Source: Brumimicrobium sp.
GTDB lineage: Bacteria > Bacteroidota > Bacteroidia > Flavobacteriales_D > Crocinitomicaceae
Assembly: GCA_965659845.1 (NCBI GenBank)
Contig: CBFHXS010000001.1
Coordinates: forward strand, 12,034 to 76,033
Length of the DNA stretch: 64,000 nt
Direction: 5' to 3'
Below, one piece after another: positions 52,573 to 61,697 of the stretch. The notes under the pieces are model-generated. The model saw only the letters and a list, made by a program, of their open reading frames with translations, did no database searches and had not been told where the DNA came from. Each line of letters begins with the position of its first letter. Position 1 is the stretch's first letter. Both the position numbers and the translations under genes were made by a program.

Positions 52573-54433
52573 ATCTTCCCAGATAGATCAACAATACATT
52601 AATATCACTTGGGGATACACCACTTATTCTCGATGCCTGACCAATATTAGCGGGTTTTATGTTAGACAGTTTTTCCACCGCTTCGGAACTTAAACTTTCT
52701 AGCTTACTAAACTCCATATCGCTCGGAATCTTCACATCTTCTAGCCTGTTAAGTTTATTTGCCACATCTTGCTCTCTTGAAATATAGCCGTCATACTTCA
52801 ATTGAATTTCTGCCTGCTCTATAACTTCTAACTCCAATTCAGTAGCAAACTCTCTTAATTCAGCGTTAACCTCAATTAAGTCATCCATAGTGATGTTTGG
52901 TCGTGTAATCAACTGGGTTAACTTAACTTGTTGCTTAATTAGTGAGCTCCCCTTACTTTCAAGTTTAGAATTCACCTCTTCTGGAGTCACGCCTTGCTTG
53001 CGCAGAAATTTCTTTAACGCTTCTGTTCTTTCAATTTTCGCCTTTACAGCACTCATTCTATCATCATCAATCATTCCTATTGAATGAGCTAATGGTGATA
53101 GTCGTTCATCTGCATTATCTTGACGTAACAAAATTCTATATTCAGCACGTGAGGTAAACATCCTATACGGCTCCTTTGTACCCTTTGTTATTAAATCATC
53201 AATTAACACACCAATATAAGCATCTGACCTCGTTAGAATAACCGGATCCTTTTTTAATACTGAACGTGCCGCATTAATACCTGCCATTAACCCCTGACAA
53301 GCCGCCTCTTCATAACCTGTGGTACCATTAATTTGACCTGCAAAATATAATCCGCTTACCAATTTAGTTTCCAACGTATGTTGCAACTGTACAGGTGGGA
53401 AATAATCATATTCTATAGCATAACCCGGTCTAAACATCTTTACGTTCTCAAAACCTGGTATTGTCTTCATTGCTTCCAACTGAACATCTTCTGGTAGAGA
53501 AGTACTAAAACCGTTAACATATATCTCTACTGTATCCCAGCCCTCTGGTTCTACAAAAACCTGATGTCTTTCTCTGTCAGCAAAACGATTGATCTTCTCC
53601 TCTATACTTGGACAATAACGAGGGCCGCTCGATTCAATTGCACCATTAAACATTGGGCTACGATCAAAGGCACTCTCCAGTATTTCATGAGTACGTTTAT
53701 TAGTATATGTAATGTGACACGATCTTTGATCTTTTAGAGGAACCGTATCGGTATAACTAAACGTAACCGGGCTATCATCACCTGGCTGCTCTTCCATTTT
53801 TGTATAATCTAAACTTCGTCCATCAACGCGCGGTGGTGTACCCGTCTTCATCCTACCTTGATCAAAACCTAATTCAATTAAGTCAGCTGTAATTCCAGTT
53901 GAGGCTCTTTCGCCAGCTCTTCCTCCACCAAATTGTTTCTCACCGAGGTGAATGGTGCCATTTAAAAATGTTCCACTTGTAATGATAACAGTGTTAGCCA
54001 TAATATCAACACCTATACCTGTTTTCACACCAACGATTTTACCATCGTTAGCTATCAAACCTGTTACCATATCTTGCCAGAAATCAACATTCTTATTTCT
54101 TTCCAGTAATAGTCGCCATTCTTCAGCAAAACGCATGCGGTCATTTTGAGACCTAGGCGACCACATTGCGGGACCCTTACTCTTATTAAGCATTCGAAAC
54201 TGGATTGCGCTTAGATCCGACACAATAGCTGAGCCACCTCCTAAAGCGTCAATTTCCCTAAGAATTTGACCTTTAGCAACACCACCCATCGCTGGGTTAC
54301 AACTCATTTGGGCGATAGTATTCATGTTCATTGTAATCAGCAAGGTCGAGACACCTAGCTTACCTGCAGCATTCGCCGCTTCGCAACCCGCATGACCACC
54401 TCCAACAACAATTACATCATATTCTTTTAACAT
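52571..54433 (-). CDS. mnmG: tRNA U34 carboxymethylaminomethyl modification enzyme MnmG/GidA
   Basis: [50 protein letters not shown]. Confidence 0.98.
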   Translation of the reverse strand: MLKEYDVIVVGGGHAGCEAANAAGKLGVSTLLITMNMNTIAQMSCNPAMGGVAKGQILREIDALGGGSAIVSDLSAIQFRMLNKSKGPAMWSPRSQNDRMRFAEEWRLLLERNKNVDFWQDMVTGLIANDGKIVGVKTGIGVDIMANTVIITSGTFLNGTIHLGEKQFGGGRAGERASTGITADLIELGFDQGRMKTGTPPRVDGRSLDYTKMEEQPGDDSPVTFSYTDTVPLKDQRSCHITYTNKRTHEILESAFDRSPMFNGAIESSGPRYCPSIEEKINRFADRERHQVFVEPEGWDTVEIYVNGFSTSLPEDVQLEAMKTIPGFENVKMFRPGYAIEYDYFPPVQLQHTLETKLVSGLYFAGQINGTTGYEEAACQGLMAGINAARSVLKKDPVILTRSDAYIGVLIDDLITKGTKEPYRMFTSRAEYRILLRQDNADERLSPLAHSIGMIDDDRMSAVKAKIERTEALKKFLRKQGVTPEEVNSKLESKGSSLIKQQVKLTQLITRPNITMDDLIEVNAELREFATELELEVIEQAEIQLKYDGYISREQDVANKLNRLEDVKIPSDMEFSKLESLSSEAVEKLSNIKPANIGQASRISGVSPSDINVLLIYLGR

Positions 54434-54441
54434 AGTATTCC

Positions 54442-54457
54442 TGTTTCACGTGGAACA
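54442..54457. other. parS site (TGTTTCACGTGGAACA)
   Basis: Near-perfect 16-bp palindrome in the ybeY-mnmG spacer. Confidence 0.9.
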
Positions 54458-54460
54458 AAA

Positions 54461-54868
54461 TTACAACAGGTTTAGATAGAAATCTTCTTTTTTCCGCATT
54501 AATTCCACCTCAGATTCAGTTTTATCATTATATCCACATAAATGCAAAAAACCATGAATAACAACACGTTTTAGTTCTGTTTCACGTGAAACATTAAGAT
54601 CTTTTGCATTAGAGAAAACGGTGTCTAGACTAATTAGAAGATCACCAGAAATCACATTCTGTTCTACGTAATCAAACGTGATAATGTCTGTAAAATAATC
54701 ATGGTCCAAGTAAGTTCTATTATACTCGAGAAGCCAGTTGTCACTGCCCAACACAACAGCAACATCCCCAAGGCTTACTCCTTCGGAATTGGTAATTTTT
54801 ATGAACCATGACTCTACAGTCTCCTCATTTAAAGTTGAGTCGACTTCAATGTGTTGTATGCTAACCAT
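54461..54868 (-). CDS. ybeY: rRNA maturation endoribonuclease YbeY
   Basis: HDYFTDIITF, GDLLIS, HGFLHLCGYND. Confidence 0.95.
   Translation of the reverse strand: MVSIQHIEVDSTLNEETVESWFIKITNSEGVSLGDVAVVLGSDNWLLEYNRTYLDHDYFTDIITFDYVEQNVISGDLLISLDTVFSNAKDLNVSRETELKRVVIHGFLHLCGYNDKTESEVELMRKKEDFYLNLL
54578..54593. other. parS site (perfect TGTTTCACGTGAAACA) inside ybeY
   Basis: Exact consensus palindrome; encodes NVSRET. Confidence 0.9.
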
Positions 54869-55284
54869 TAAAGGATACTAAAAGCCACGTGCACTTCGGA
54901 GCCGTTTTTTTCAAAAGAAACTTCATCTGCCAAGCTTTTCATCAAGAAAATTCCGCGACCGTTTTCCTTTTCAATGTTTTCAGGAGATGTTGGGTCTGGT
55001 AAATTATTAAAATCAAAACCCTTGCCACCGTCCCGAACCACAAAACAAAGCTTGTTGTCACCTCGTTTTACTTCAATTGAAACTATTTCATTCGGGTTGT
55101 CCAGGTTTCCGTGTTGAATAGCGTTATTGACAGCTTCTGTAACTGCAATCAACACATTGCCGAAATGGTCTTCATGAACCTCGTTTTGCCGACAAACCTC
55201 ATCAACAAGGTCCTCTGCTACTTTAATATTATCGATAGAAGATGGAAATGATACCGTCTCGATTTCTTTGTAATTAGTTTCCAT
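54868..55284 (-). CDS. RsbW-like anti-sigma factor/serine kinase (HATPase_c_2)
   Basis: AVTEAVNNAIQHGN, VRDGGKGF, LPDPT, ENGRGIFLMKSLADEV. Confidence 0.88.
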   Translation of the reverse strand: METNYKEIETVSFPSSIDNIKVAEDLVDEVCRQNEVHEDHFGNVLIAVTEAVNNAIQHGNLDNPNEIVSIEVKRGDNKLCFVVRDGGKGFDFNNLPDPTSPENIEKENGRGIFLMKSLADEVSFEKNGSEVHVAFSIL

Positions 55285-55323
55285 TCAATATAATTTAATA
55301 TCCTCGATTGAGCTACTACATCA

Positions 55324-58300
55324 CTAATTTAGAATAAGAAAATAAGCGTTTGCTTTCTCCTTATAATACTTGCTGAACGACGGATCTAAAGTTCGCAATA
55401 ACTCAATCTGCTTTTCTTTTTGTTTCTTATACTCTAAAAACTCTATTTGGTTACCAAAATCACCATTTTTTCCTGAATTACTTTTTCTTTCCTCATCATA
55501 ACCTCTTTCCTCCATTGCTTTTTCGCTCTCTAAAAGGCGTGTCATAATCCTTTCCTGCCTTTCTATCAACTCACTTGACCAGTCCTTATTGATAAGGTCT
55601 TCCTGCTGCTCTTCTAATTCTTTTAAAAGTTCATTCAATTGATTACCCTTTCCACTGCCATCCTTATTCATTTCTTCACGTAACTCTTGAAGCTTTCTCC
55701 GCATCTCACCTTGCTCAGCAGCCATTTTCGCCGCTCCTTTTGAATTCATTGGCACCTTTCCCCCTTGATTCTTTTTACCAGGGTTTTTTCCTTTCTTATC
55801 TCCACCTGGGTTGTTGCCCTTCTTCATTTCCTCTAATTGCTTCTTCAACATTTTTTTAATGCTCTCCATCTCACCGCTCTTACCTTGACCTTTTTTACCT
55901 CCAGGTTTACTGCAACTACCCTGACCCTGCATCATGCTTTTCATATCCTGTTGAGCACTCTGGAGCGCCTCATTCATAAACAGGGCTAAATTATTCAGGC
56001 TTGTCATTACTTTTTGCTGTTTCACACCCAAAGCCTTTTTTTCACGTTCACCTACATGAGTTGGAATATAGTTATTGTTCTTATCTATTTCTGCCAACTC
56101 CTGTTCAACGAATGATGCTATCTTCGGCACTCTATCAGCTAAAGCTCTTAGACTATCTTTCACAGGCTTAGTATTATCTATTATCTCTCTCTGGTCGCGA
56201 CCCAACTGAACAAAATACGGATCGTATATACTTGTTACATTAAATTCATTCATTATTTTCTCTTGAGAAAAACTTAAGTTTATTAAATTTTCTAATAACG
56301 CTCTCATTGACTCAATATCTTCCCCTTGTTGTTCTTGCTGACTTTCTTGCATTTGTGCCTGCATTTTCGAGGACATCTCTTCCATCTTCTCAGCAGCACT
56401 CTCTTGATTTTCGCCTGCCGCTTTTTCCTTATTCTGATCTAAGTTTTCTTGGGCCTTATCCATTTCCTCTTTCGTCTCTTCCGCATCTTCTTTTAGACCG
56501 TCCAATTCCAAAGGTCTATTAAGTTCATCATTTTTCTCGAGCAGTTCCTCTAGCTCCTCTTTCTTCTTATCGAACTCTTTATTCAATTCTGATTGTCGCT
56601 TTTCTCCTTCATCTGAAGAAATCTTTTCCTCTTCTATATTCTCTTTTAACTCTTTCTGGTCCTTAGCCAAGTCTTGTAAAGACTCTATTAAATCTTCCGT
56701 CCGTTCTTCAACATCCATCTTCTTGAGCATTTCCATCGTACGGTCCATCTGACGTTTCATCATTTCAGAGGTGACTTCCGATTCTTCCATTTTCTCTAAA
56801 ACTTCACTGTCGTCTTTGTTTTTCATCAGCTCTTCAAGCTCCTCAAGGAGCTCTTTCAACTCATCATCCATCACCTGATCCATTAACTCCTCAAGCTGTT
56901 TTTGTTTTTCTTTTAACTCTTCATCGACCTCTGAAAAATTTGATTTTTCCTCAAAACTTTCCTTCATCTTTTCTTTGAGTTTATTCATTTTTTCCTCTAA
57001 TGAACTACGTTCCTTTTGAAGATTTTCTAATTGCTTCGACTGCTGCCAAGAGTTTGACTTTGTGTTCATCATTTCTTTTTTCAATCTGGTAACTTTCTCA
57101 TTGAAATCCTTTGTTTGTTGAATGAGTTTCTTCATTTCCTCCTGAACATCTTCCTTAGTATTAGATCTAGCATTTTGGAGGTCCTCTTTGGAAGGGGCTC
57201 TGTGTTGAAAAGTTGAAGAACGGGTAGACTTAGATCCGTTTACGCCATCATTATCATAAACAACAAAGTAATAAGTCACCTGGTCTTCAAGTTCTAAAGA
57301 CAGTTTGTTTAGGTCGAACACCATAGAAAAAGGTCTGTTCCGACCATCTATACCCGGGACACTAACTTTCTTTTGTATCTCCTCTCCTGATTTTCTTGTT
57401 AAAGTATAATGAAAGTCTACCGCTGATAAACCATGGTCGTCTGCCGCTCTTCCAGTAAAAAACAATCTTCCTTTTGACAGAGTATCCTTTTCTTCTCTAA
57501 CGGCAATACTTGGAAATTGGTCTTTTATAACATCAATTGAATAATACAGGGAATCTTTCTTATTGAGCTCTTTGTTGCTCATTATGAACATCAGCTGGCC
57601 ACTCTCTTTAAACATGTATTCATACCTGAAGCCACTTTCTTTAAAAGAAGTAATACTATCATTATAGTTTATGATTAACCCATCCGTATTTTTAACTATT
57701 CCGTCCCATGTCACTTTCGCTCCTTCCGGAACAATCAAATCTCCCGGGTTCTTTATAGATTCTGATTCAACACCTAAGTAACTCGGATAATCAATGGTCG
57801 CAGTTAACTGACCCATAGATGTTCTCTTCACAACATCAATTTTGTACCCTTTTGACTCCTGACCGTTTCCATTAAATTGAAAGGTAATATCGTCTGATAC
57901 ATTATCAAATCTGTATTCTGCAGTAGTTTTAGATGTCTTCTTCATCGCAAACCTTCCTTCGCTGCTTTGAATATAAAGAACATTCGGCACAGCTTTTCCT
58001 GGTCTTGGGTCAACCTGTACCCTAATAGGCACACTTGCACCCTCTTCTACCTTAAGAGATTCGTTTAGGAGTGTAAAGTCAAAATCAGGGTCTTCTAGAA
58101 AAACTTCATTATAATTCAATAGTCGCTCCGAGCCATCTGTAAAAACATTTGGCACAATAATTCCAACCAAAACGATGGTCAGAAGAACAGGCAACACATA
58201 CTTTAAGAACCTCCTATTTTCTTTATAATCAACAGCAGTAGTAAACTGAAACGCACTTAGTTTGTCTGCATTTTGTTCGACACTTGCTCTTAAGAGTTCA

Positions 58301-58674
58301 ATGTTGTTCGGATTAGAGTCAGCTACATCTCTCAACTGTAAAGTATTCAAAAGCTTATCACTTACTCCTGGAAAAAATGACCCAATTATTTTAGCTGCTT
58401 GGTATCGATCAATCCTTTTCCCAAACGAAAACAATTTACCCACAGGAATAAAAATATATCGTATTAAAACATAAGCGTTAATACCAATAAAAGAGAAAAG
58501 TAAAGATGCTCTAACGAAAGAGTTAAACCTACCTATATACTCAAGACCGGCAACGAGTAAAAAAGACGCTAGAAAAATAAGGAGAAACAACAAAACCCCC
58601 TTAATCATTAAGTTCTTATAATACTTCCTAATGAAGGCGTCTACTTGATTCAATAATTTGTCGAATGATCCCAT
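55324..58674 (-). CDS. DUF4175-family large membrane-anchored coiled-coil protein
   Basis: Three N-terminal TMs, Ig-like middle region, DNDGVNGSK, long E/K/Q coiled coil, Gly-rich linker, RLLESEKA..ER. Confidence 0.8.
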   Translation of the reverse strand: MGSFDKLLNQVDAFIRKYYKNLMIKGVLLFLLIFLASFLLVAGLEYIGRFNSFVRASLLFSFIGINAYVLIRYIFIPVGKLFSFGKRIDRYQAAKIIGSFFPGVSDKLLNTLQLRDVADSNPNNIELLRASVEQNADKLSAFQFTTAVDYKENRRFLKYVLPVLLTIVLVGIIVPNVFTDGSERLLNYNEVFLEDPDFDFTLLNESLKVEEGASVPIRVQVDPRPGKAVPNVLYIQSSEGRFAMKKTSKTTAEYRFDNVSDDITFQFNGNGQESKGYKIDVVKRTSMGQLTATIDYPSYLGVESESIKNPGDLIVPEGAKVTWDGIVKNTDGLIINYNDSITSFKESGFRYEYMFKESGQLMFIMSNKELNKKDSLYYSIDVIKDQFPSIAVREEKDTLSKGRLFFTGRAADDHGLSAVDFHYTLTRKSGEEIQKKVSVPGIDGRNRPFSMVFDLNKLSLELEDQVTYYFVVYDNDGVNGSKSTRSSTFQHRAPSKEDLQNARSNTKEDVQEEMKKLIQQTKDFNEKVTRLKKEMMNTKSNSWQQSKQLENLQKERSSLEEKMNKLKEKMKESFEEKSNFSEVDEELKEKQKQLEELMDQVMDDELKELLEELEELMKNKDDSEVLEKMEESEVTSEMMKRQMDRTMEMLKKMDVEERTEDLIESLQDLAKDQKELKENIEEEKISSDEGEKRQSELNKEFDKKKEELEELLEKNDELNRPLELDGLKEDAEETKEEMDKAQENLDQNKEKAAGENQESAAEKMEEMSSKMQAQMQESQQEQQGEDIESMRALLENLINLSFSQEKIMNEFNVTSIYDPYFVQLGRDQREIIDNTKPVKDSLRALADRVPKIASFVEQELAEIDKNNNYIPTHVGEREKKALGVKQQKVMTSLNNLALFMNEALQSAQQDMKSMMQGQGSCSKPGGKKGQGKSGEMESIKKMLKKQLEEMKKGNNPGGDKKGKNPGKKNQGGKVPMNSKGAAKMAAEQGEMRRKLQELREEMNKDGSGKGNQLNELLKELEEQQEDLINKDWSSELIERQERIMTRLLESEKAMEERGYDEERKSNSGKNGDFGNQIEFLEYKKQKEKQIELLRTLDPSFSKYYKEKANAYFLILN

Positions 58675-58860
58675 TTGTATTTATGTACAGCTATAACTAA
58701 ATAAAGTTACGAATTGGTCTTATAAAACGATGTAAAAAGATGTTAATATCACTAAAACAGCAATAACAGACCTTTTAAACTATTAAAAATACGTAATTAC
58801 AAGCAAGATATTCTCATATCGTGTACGAATCAATTATCTTTGCAAAAAAATACAACAACT

Positions 58861-60390
58861 ATGTCATCAAACGTTCGCGTTCGTTTTGCTCCATCCCCAA
58901 CAGGCCCTTTACATATGGGGGGGGTGCGTACAGCATTATATAATTATCTTTTTGCTAAAAAAGAAGGAGGTAAGTTTATCCTACGTATAGAAGATACAGA
59001 CCAAAAACGTTTTGTTGAAGGTGCTGAACAATATATAAAAGACGCTTTAGACTGGTGTGGTATAACTCCTGATGAAGGTCCTGGAATCGGTGGGGACTAT
59101 GGCCCATATACACAATCGGAAAGAAAAGATATGTACCTGCCGTATGCAGAACAATTAGTTGAAAACGGTAAAGCTTACTATGCATTTGATACAGCTGAAG
59201 ACCTTGATGAAATGCGTCAGCAAGCTCAAAAAATGAAGATGCCTAACTGGCAGTATAATGCAGTTTCGAGAACTTCAATGAAAAACTCTTTGACTCTTCC
59301 TGAAGACGAGGTCAAAAGTAGAATTGAAAATGGAGATCCTTATGTGATTCGTTTTAAAATGCCAAGAAACGAAGACGTTCGTTTCGAAGATGTAATAAGA
59401 GGTTGGGTTGTTGTAAATACAAATAACCTGGATGACAAAATCCTTTTTAAAAGCGACGGTATGCCAACATACCATATGGCAAATATCGTTGATGACCACA
59501 CTATGGCAATCACACATGTGATAAGAGGAGAAGAGTGGCTGCCATCAGCACCTTTACATGTATTACTTTATGAAGCTTTTGATTGGACGGCACCGAAGTT
59601 TGCTCATTGCCCTCTTTTGCTAAGGCCTGATGGAAATGGTAAGCTTTCTAAAAGAGATGGTGACAGACTTGGCTTTCCTGTATTCCCAACAGACTGGATG
59701 ACAGCAGAGGGTGAAAAGTATTCTGGATACCGAGAACAAGGTTATTTACCCGGAGCATTCATTAACATGCTTGCATTTCTAGGTTGGAATCCTGGTACAA
59801 CTCAGGAGCTCTTCTCTCTTGATGAAATGATTCAAGCTTTTTCACTGGAACGAGTAAGTAAGGCTGGCGCTAAGTTTGATGCTGATAAAACAAAATGGTT
59901 TCAACAACAATACTTACGAGCACTTTCTGATAATACTTTAGCGGACATGTTAAAGGAACAACACCCTTCTATTTCCGTGGAAGATTCTTATTTATCTCAG
60001 GTATGCGGATTAATGAAAGAAAGAGCAACCTTTGTTGAGGATATTCTTACTGAGGGCGACTATTTCTTCTCTGAACCTAAAGAGTTTGATGCTAAAACTG
60101 TACGTAAGAAGTGGAAAGACGACACAGAAGGTGTTATTCTAGAATGGATGAAAAGATTGAACTCTATTGAAGACTTTTCTCCAGAAAATATTGAAGTTGC
60201 TTTTAAAGATTATTTAGCAGAAATAGAAAAGGGAATCGGTGCAGTTCTTCCTGCTTTTCGTGTTTTGATCACAGGAAAAGGAATGGGACCTAGTATGTTT
60301 GAAATAGCTGCATTATTAGGAAAGGAAAAAACATTAGCTCGTCTTGAGAAGAACATTCCTGCTGTTAAAAGTCAGAAAGCTGAAGCATGA
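58861..60390 (+). CDS. gltX: Glutamate--tRNA ligase
   Basis: RFAPSPTGPLHMGG, LRIEDTD, IRGEEW, KLSKR. The ORF-track TTG at 58840 lies within the promoter element TATCTTTG (58835-58842), so ATG 58861 is preferred. Confidence 0.98.
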   Translation: MSSNVRVRFAPSPTGPLHMGGVRTALYNYLFAKKEGGKFILRIEDTDQKRFVEGAEQYIKDALDWCGITPDEGPGIGGDYGPYTQSERKDMYLPYAEQLVENGKAYYAFDTAEDLDEMRQQAQKMKMPNWQYNAVSRTSMKNSLTLPEDEVKSRIENGDPYVIRFKMPRNEDVRFEDVIRGWVVVNTNNLDDKILFKSDGMPTYHMANIVDDHTMAITHVIRGEEWLPSAPLHVLLYEAFDWTAPKFAHCPLLLRPDGNGKLSKRDGDRLGFPVFPTDWMTAEGEKYSGYREQGYLPGAFINMLAFLGWNPGTTQELFSLDEMIQAFSLERVSKAGAKFDADKTKWFQQQYLRALSDNTLADMLKEQHPSISVEDSYLSQVCGLMKERATFVEDILTEGDYFFSEPKEFDAKTVRKKWKDDTEGVILEWMKRLNSIEDFSPENIEVAFKDYLAEIEKGIGAVLPAFRVLITGKGMGPSMFEIAALLGKEKTLARLEKNIPAVKSQKAEA

Positions 60391-60746
60391 AGCACACAGT
60401 TGAAGTAAACGGAATAAAGCTTTATGCTTATCATGGTTGTTTACCTGAAGAAGGTAAGATAGGTGGTCATTACACTGTAGATGTATCAGTAACCACCGAT
60501 TTTTCTTCGTCTTTTCTAAGTGATGATCTCAACGACACTGTTGATTATGTTATAATCAACAAGATTGTAAAAGAAGAAATGTCTCAGCGCTCTAAATTAA
60601 TTGAGCACGTTGCTAAACGTATTCTCAATCGTTTTAAAAATGAAATCAATAATATTGATAGAGGACGAATTAAAGTAATCAAACACTGTCCTCCTATTGA
60701 GGGTGATGTGAATGATGTAGCTGTTATCATAGAGGAAGACTTTTAA
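60387..60746 (+). CDS. folB: Dihydroneopterin aldolase
   Basis: YAYHGCLPEE, DDLNDTVDY, SKLIEHVA, K..PPI. ATGA overlap with gltX. Confidence 0.95.
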   Translation: MKHTVEVNGIKLYAYHGCLPEEGKIGGHYTVDVSVTTDFSSSFLSDDLNDTVDYVIINKIVKEEMSQRSKLIEHVAKRILNRFKNEINNIDRGRIKVIKHCPPIEGDVNDVAVIIEEDF

Positions 60747-60799
60747 AACAATCTATTTTGTTTTTGCTCTTCAATAATTCTGGATTCAAATAATATTTG

Positions 60800-60807
60800 T
60801 AAATTTG
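60800..60807 (+). promoter_or_regulatory. -7 promoter element (TAAATTTG) for tRNA-Cys
   Basis: Exact TAnnTTTG match about 40 bp upstream of the tRNA. Confidence 0.6.
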
Positions 60808-60846
60808 TGTCCCGCTTGGAGCAGTATCACTGCTTTAACACAAAAT

Positions 60847-60917
60847 GGTCCTGTGGCCGAGCGGCTAGGCAGAGGTCTGCAAAACCTCGTACAGCGGTTC
60901 GAATCCGCTCGGGACCT
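60847..60917 (+). tRNA. tRNA-Cys (GCA)
   Basis: Acceptor GGTCCTG/CGGGACC, anticodon arm GAGGT-CTGCAAA-ACCTC, T-loop TTCGAAT, U73 discriminator. Confidence 0.96.
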
Positions 60918-60922
60918 CTAAA

Positions 60923-60957
60923 GACCCCTTGATTCTCAAAGAGTTAAGGGGTTTTTT
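60923..60957 (+). terminator. Intrinsic terminator after tRNA-Cys
   Basis: ACCCCTT...AAGGGGT stem followed by a T run. Confidence 0.8.
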
Positions 60958-60994
60958 ATAACTAATCATTTCAAAAACTTTTATCCTTCAAAGG

Positions 60995-61693
60995 CTACAT
61001 ACCTTTCGGTTTTCTGTAACGGTAAGTTTTCTGTCCCCATTTATACTTTCGCTTATGAAAATTACTATACCCTCCTGTTAATTCAGGAAATTTATAAATT
61101 AAACCAAAGTGATGGTGCAAGTAGTCAAACTCTTCTGAGTAGATCTCAGGTAGCAAGCCAATTTTTCCTGTTGTTCGTATTTGTATTCCAATGCCTTGCC
61201 AAATCATGATATTTACCCCAGCACCTACATTTCCGCTGAGCATGTTTTGAGGCCACAAAGCTTCTCTTCCTGTATAACCAATACCAGCGAAGACAAAAGG
61301 GTCTACTATCTGTTGTCTCATAAAAAACCCAAAACTATACTTAAAGTTGGTAGATAGTGCAAAAGCTCTACCTGATCTATTTGTATCTAAATTAATAATA
61401 TTTCCTGCTACATATCTGTTATAAGAAGCCAAGACGTCTATACTCATTCCTTTTTTTAGATATATATCAGCATTCACCGAGGATGGAAATACAGGCATAT
61501 TCCAAGAGTTAGAAAAGTTGAACAGGTCTTGATATCGAGAACCATCATCTTCCATGGCATTCCAATAAACTCCAAGCATCCAGCTATAAGGTTTCACTTT
61601 TTTAAAGTTTTGACCCACTGATGCAAATGACACTAACAACGTAGCCAGGATAAGCAGAGCTGCACAGTTATATTTAGTATATGTTTTTATCAT
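60995..61693 (-). CDS. Hypothetical outer-membrane beta-barrel protein (resembles the OmpA N-terminal domain) with basic tail
   Basis: Signal peptide, DPFVFAGIGYT, NVGAGVNI, FGLIYKF. Confidence 0.65.
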   Translation of the reverse strand: MIKTYTKYNCAALLILATLLVSFASVGQNFKKVKPYSWMLGVYWNAMEDDGSRYQDLFNFSNSWNMPVFPSSVNADIYLKKGMSIDVLASYNRYVAGNIINLDTNRSGRAFALSTNFKYSFGFFMRQQIVDPFVFAGIGYTGREALWPQNMLSGNVGAGVNIMIWQGIGIQIRTTGKIGLLPEIYSEEFDYLHHHFGLIYKFPELTGGYSNFHKRKYKWGQKTYRYRKPKGM

Positions 61694-61697
61694 ATTC

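Noticed and set aside
58675-58860. Divergent AT-rich spacer as candidate oriC
   Set aside because: No TTATCCACA-type DnaA box cluster seen; explained by two promoters; skew cannot be computed here.
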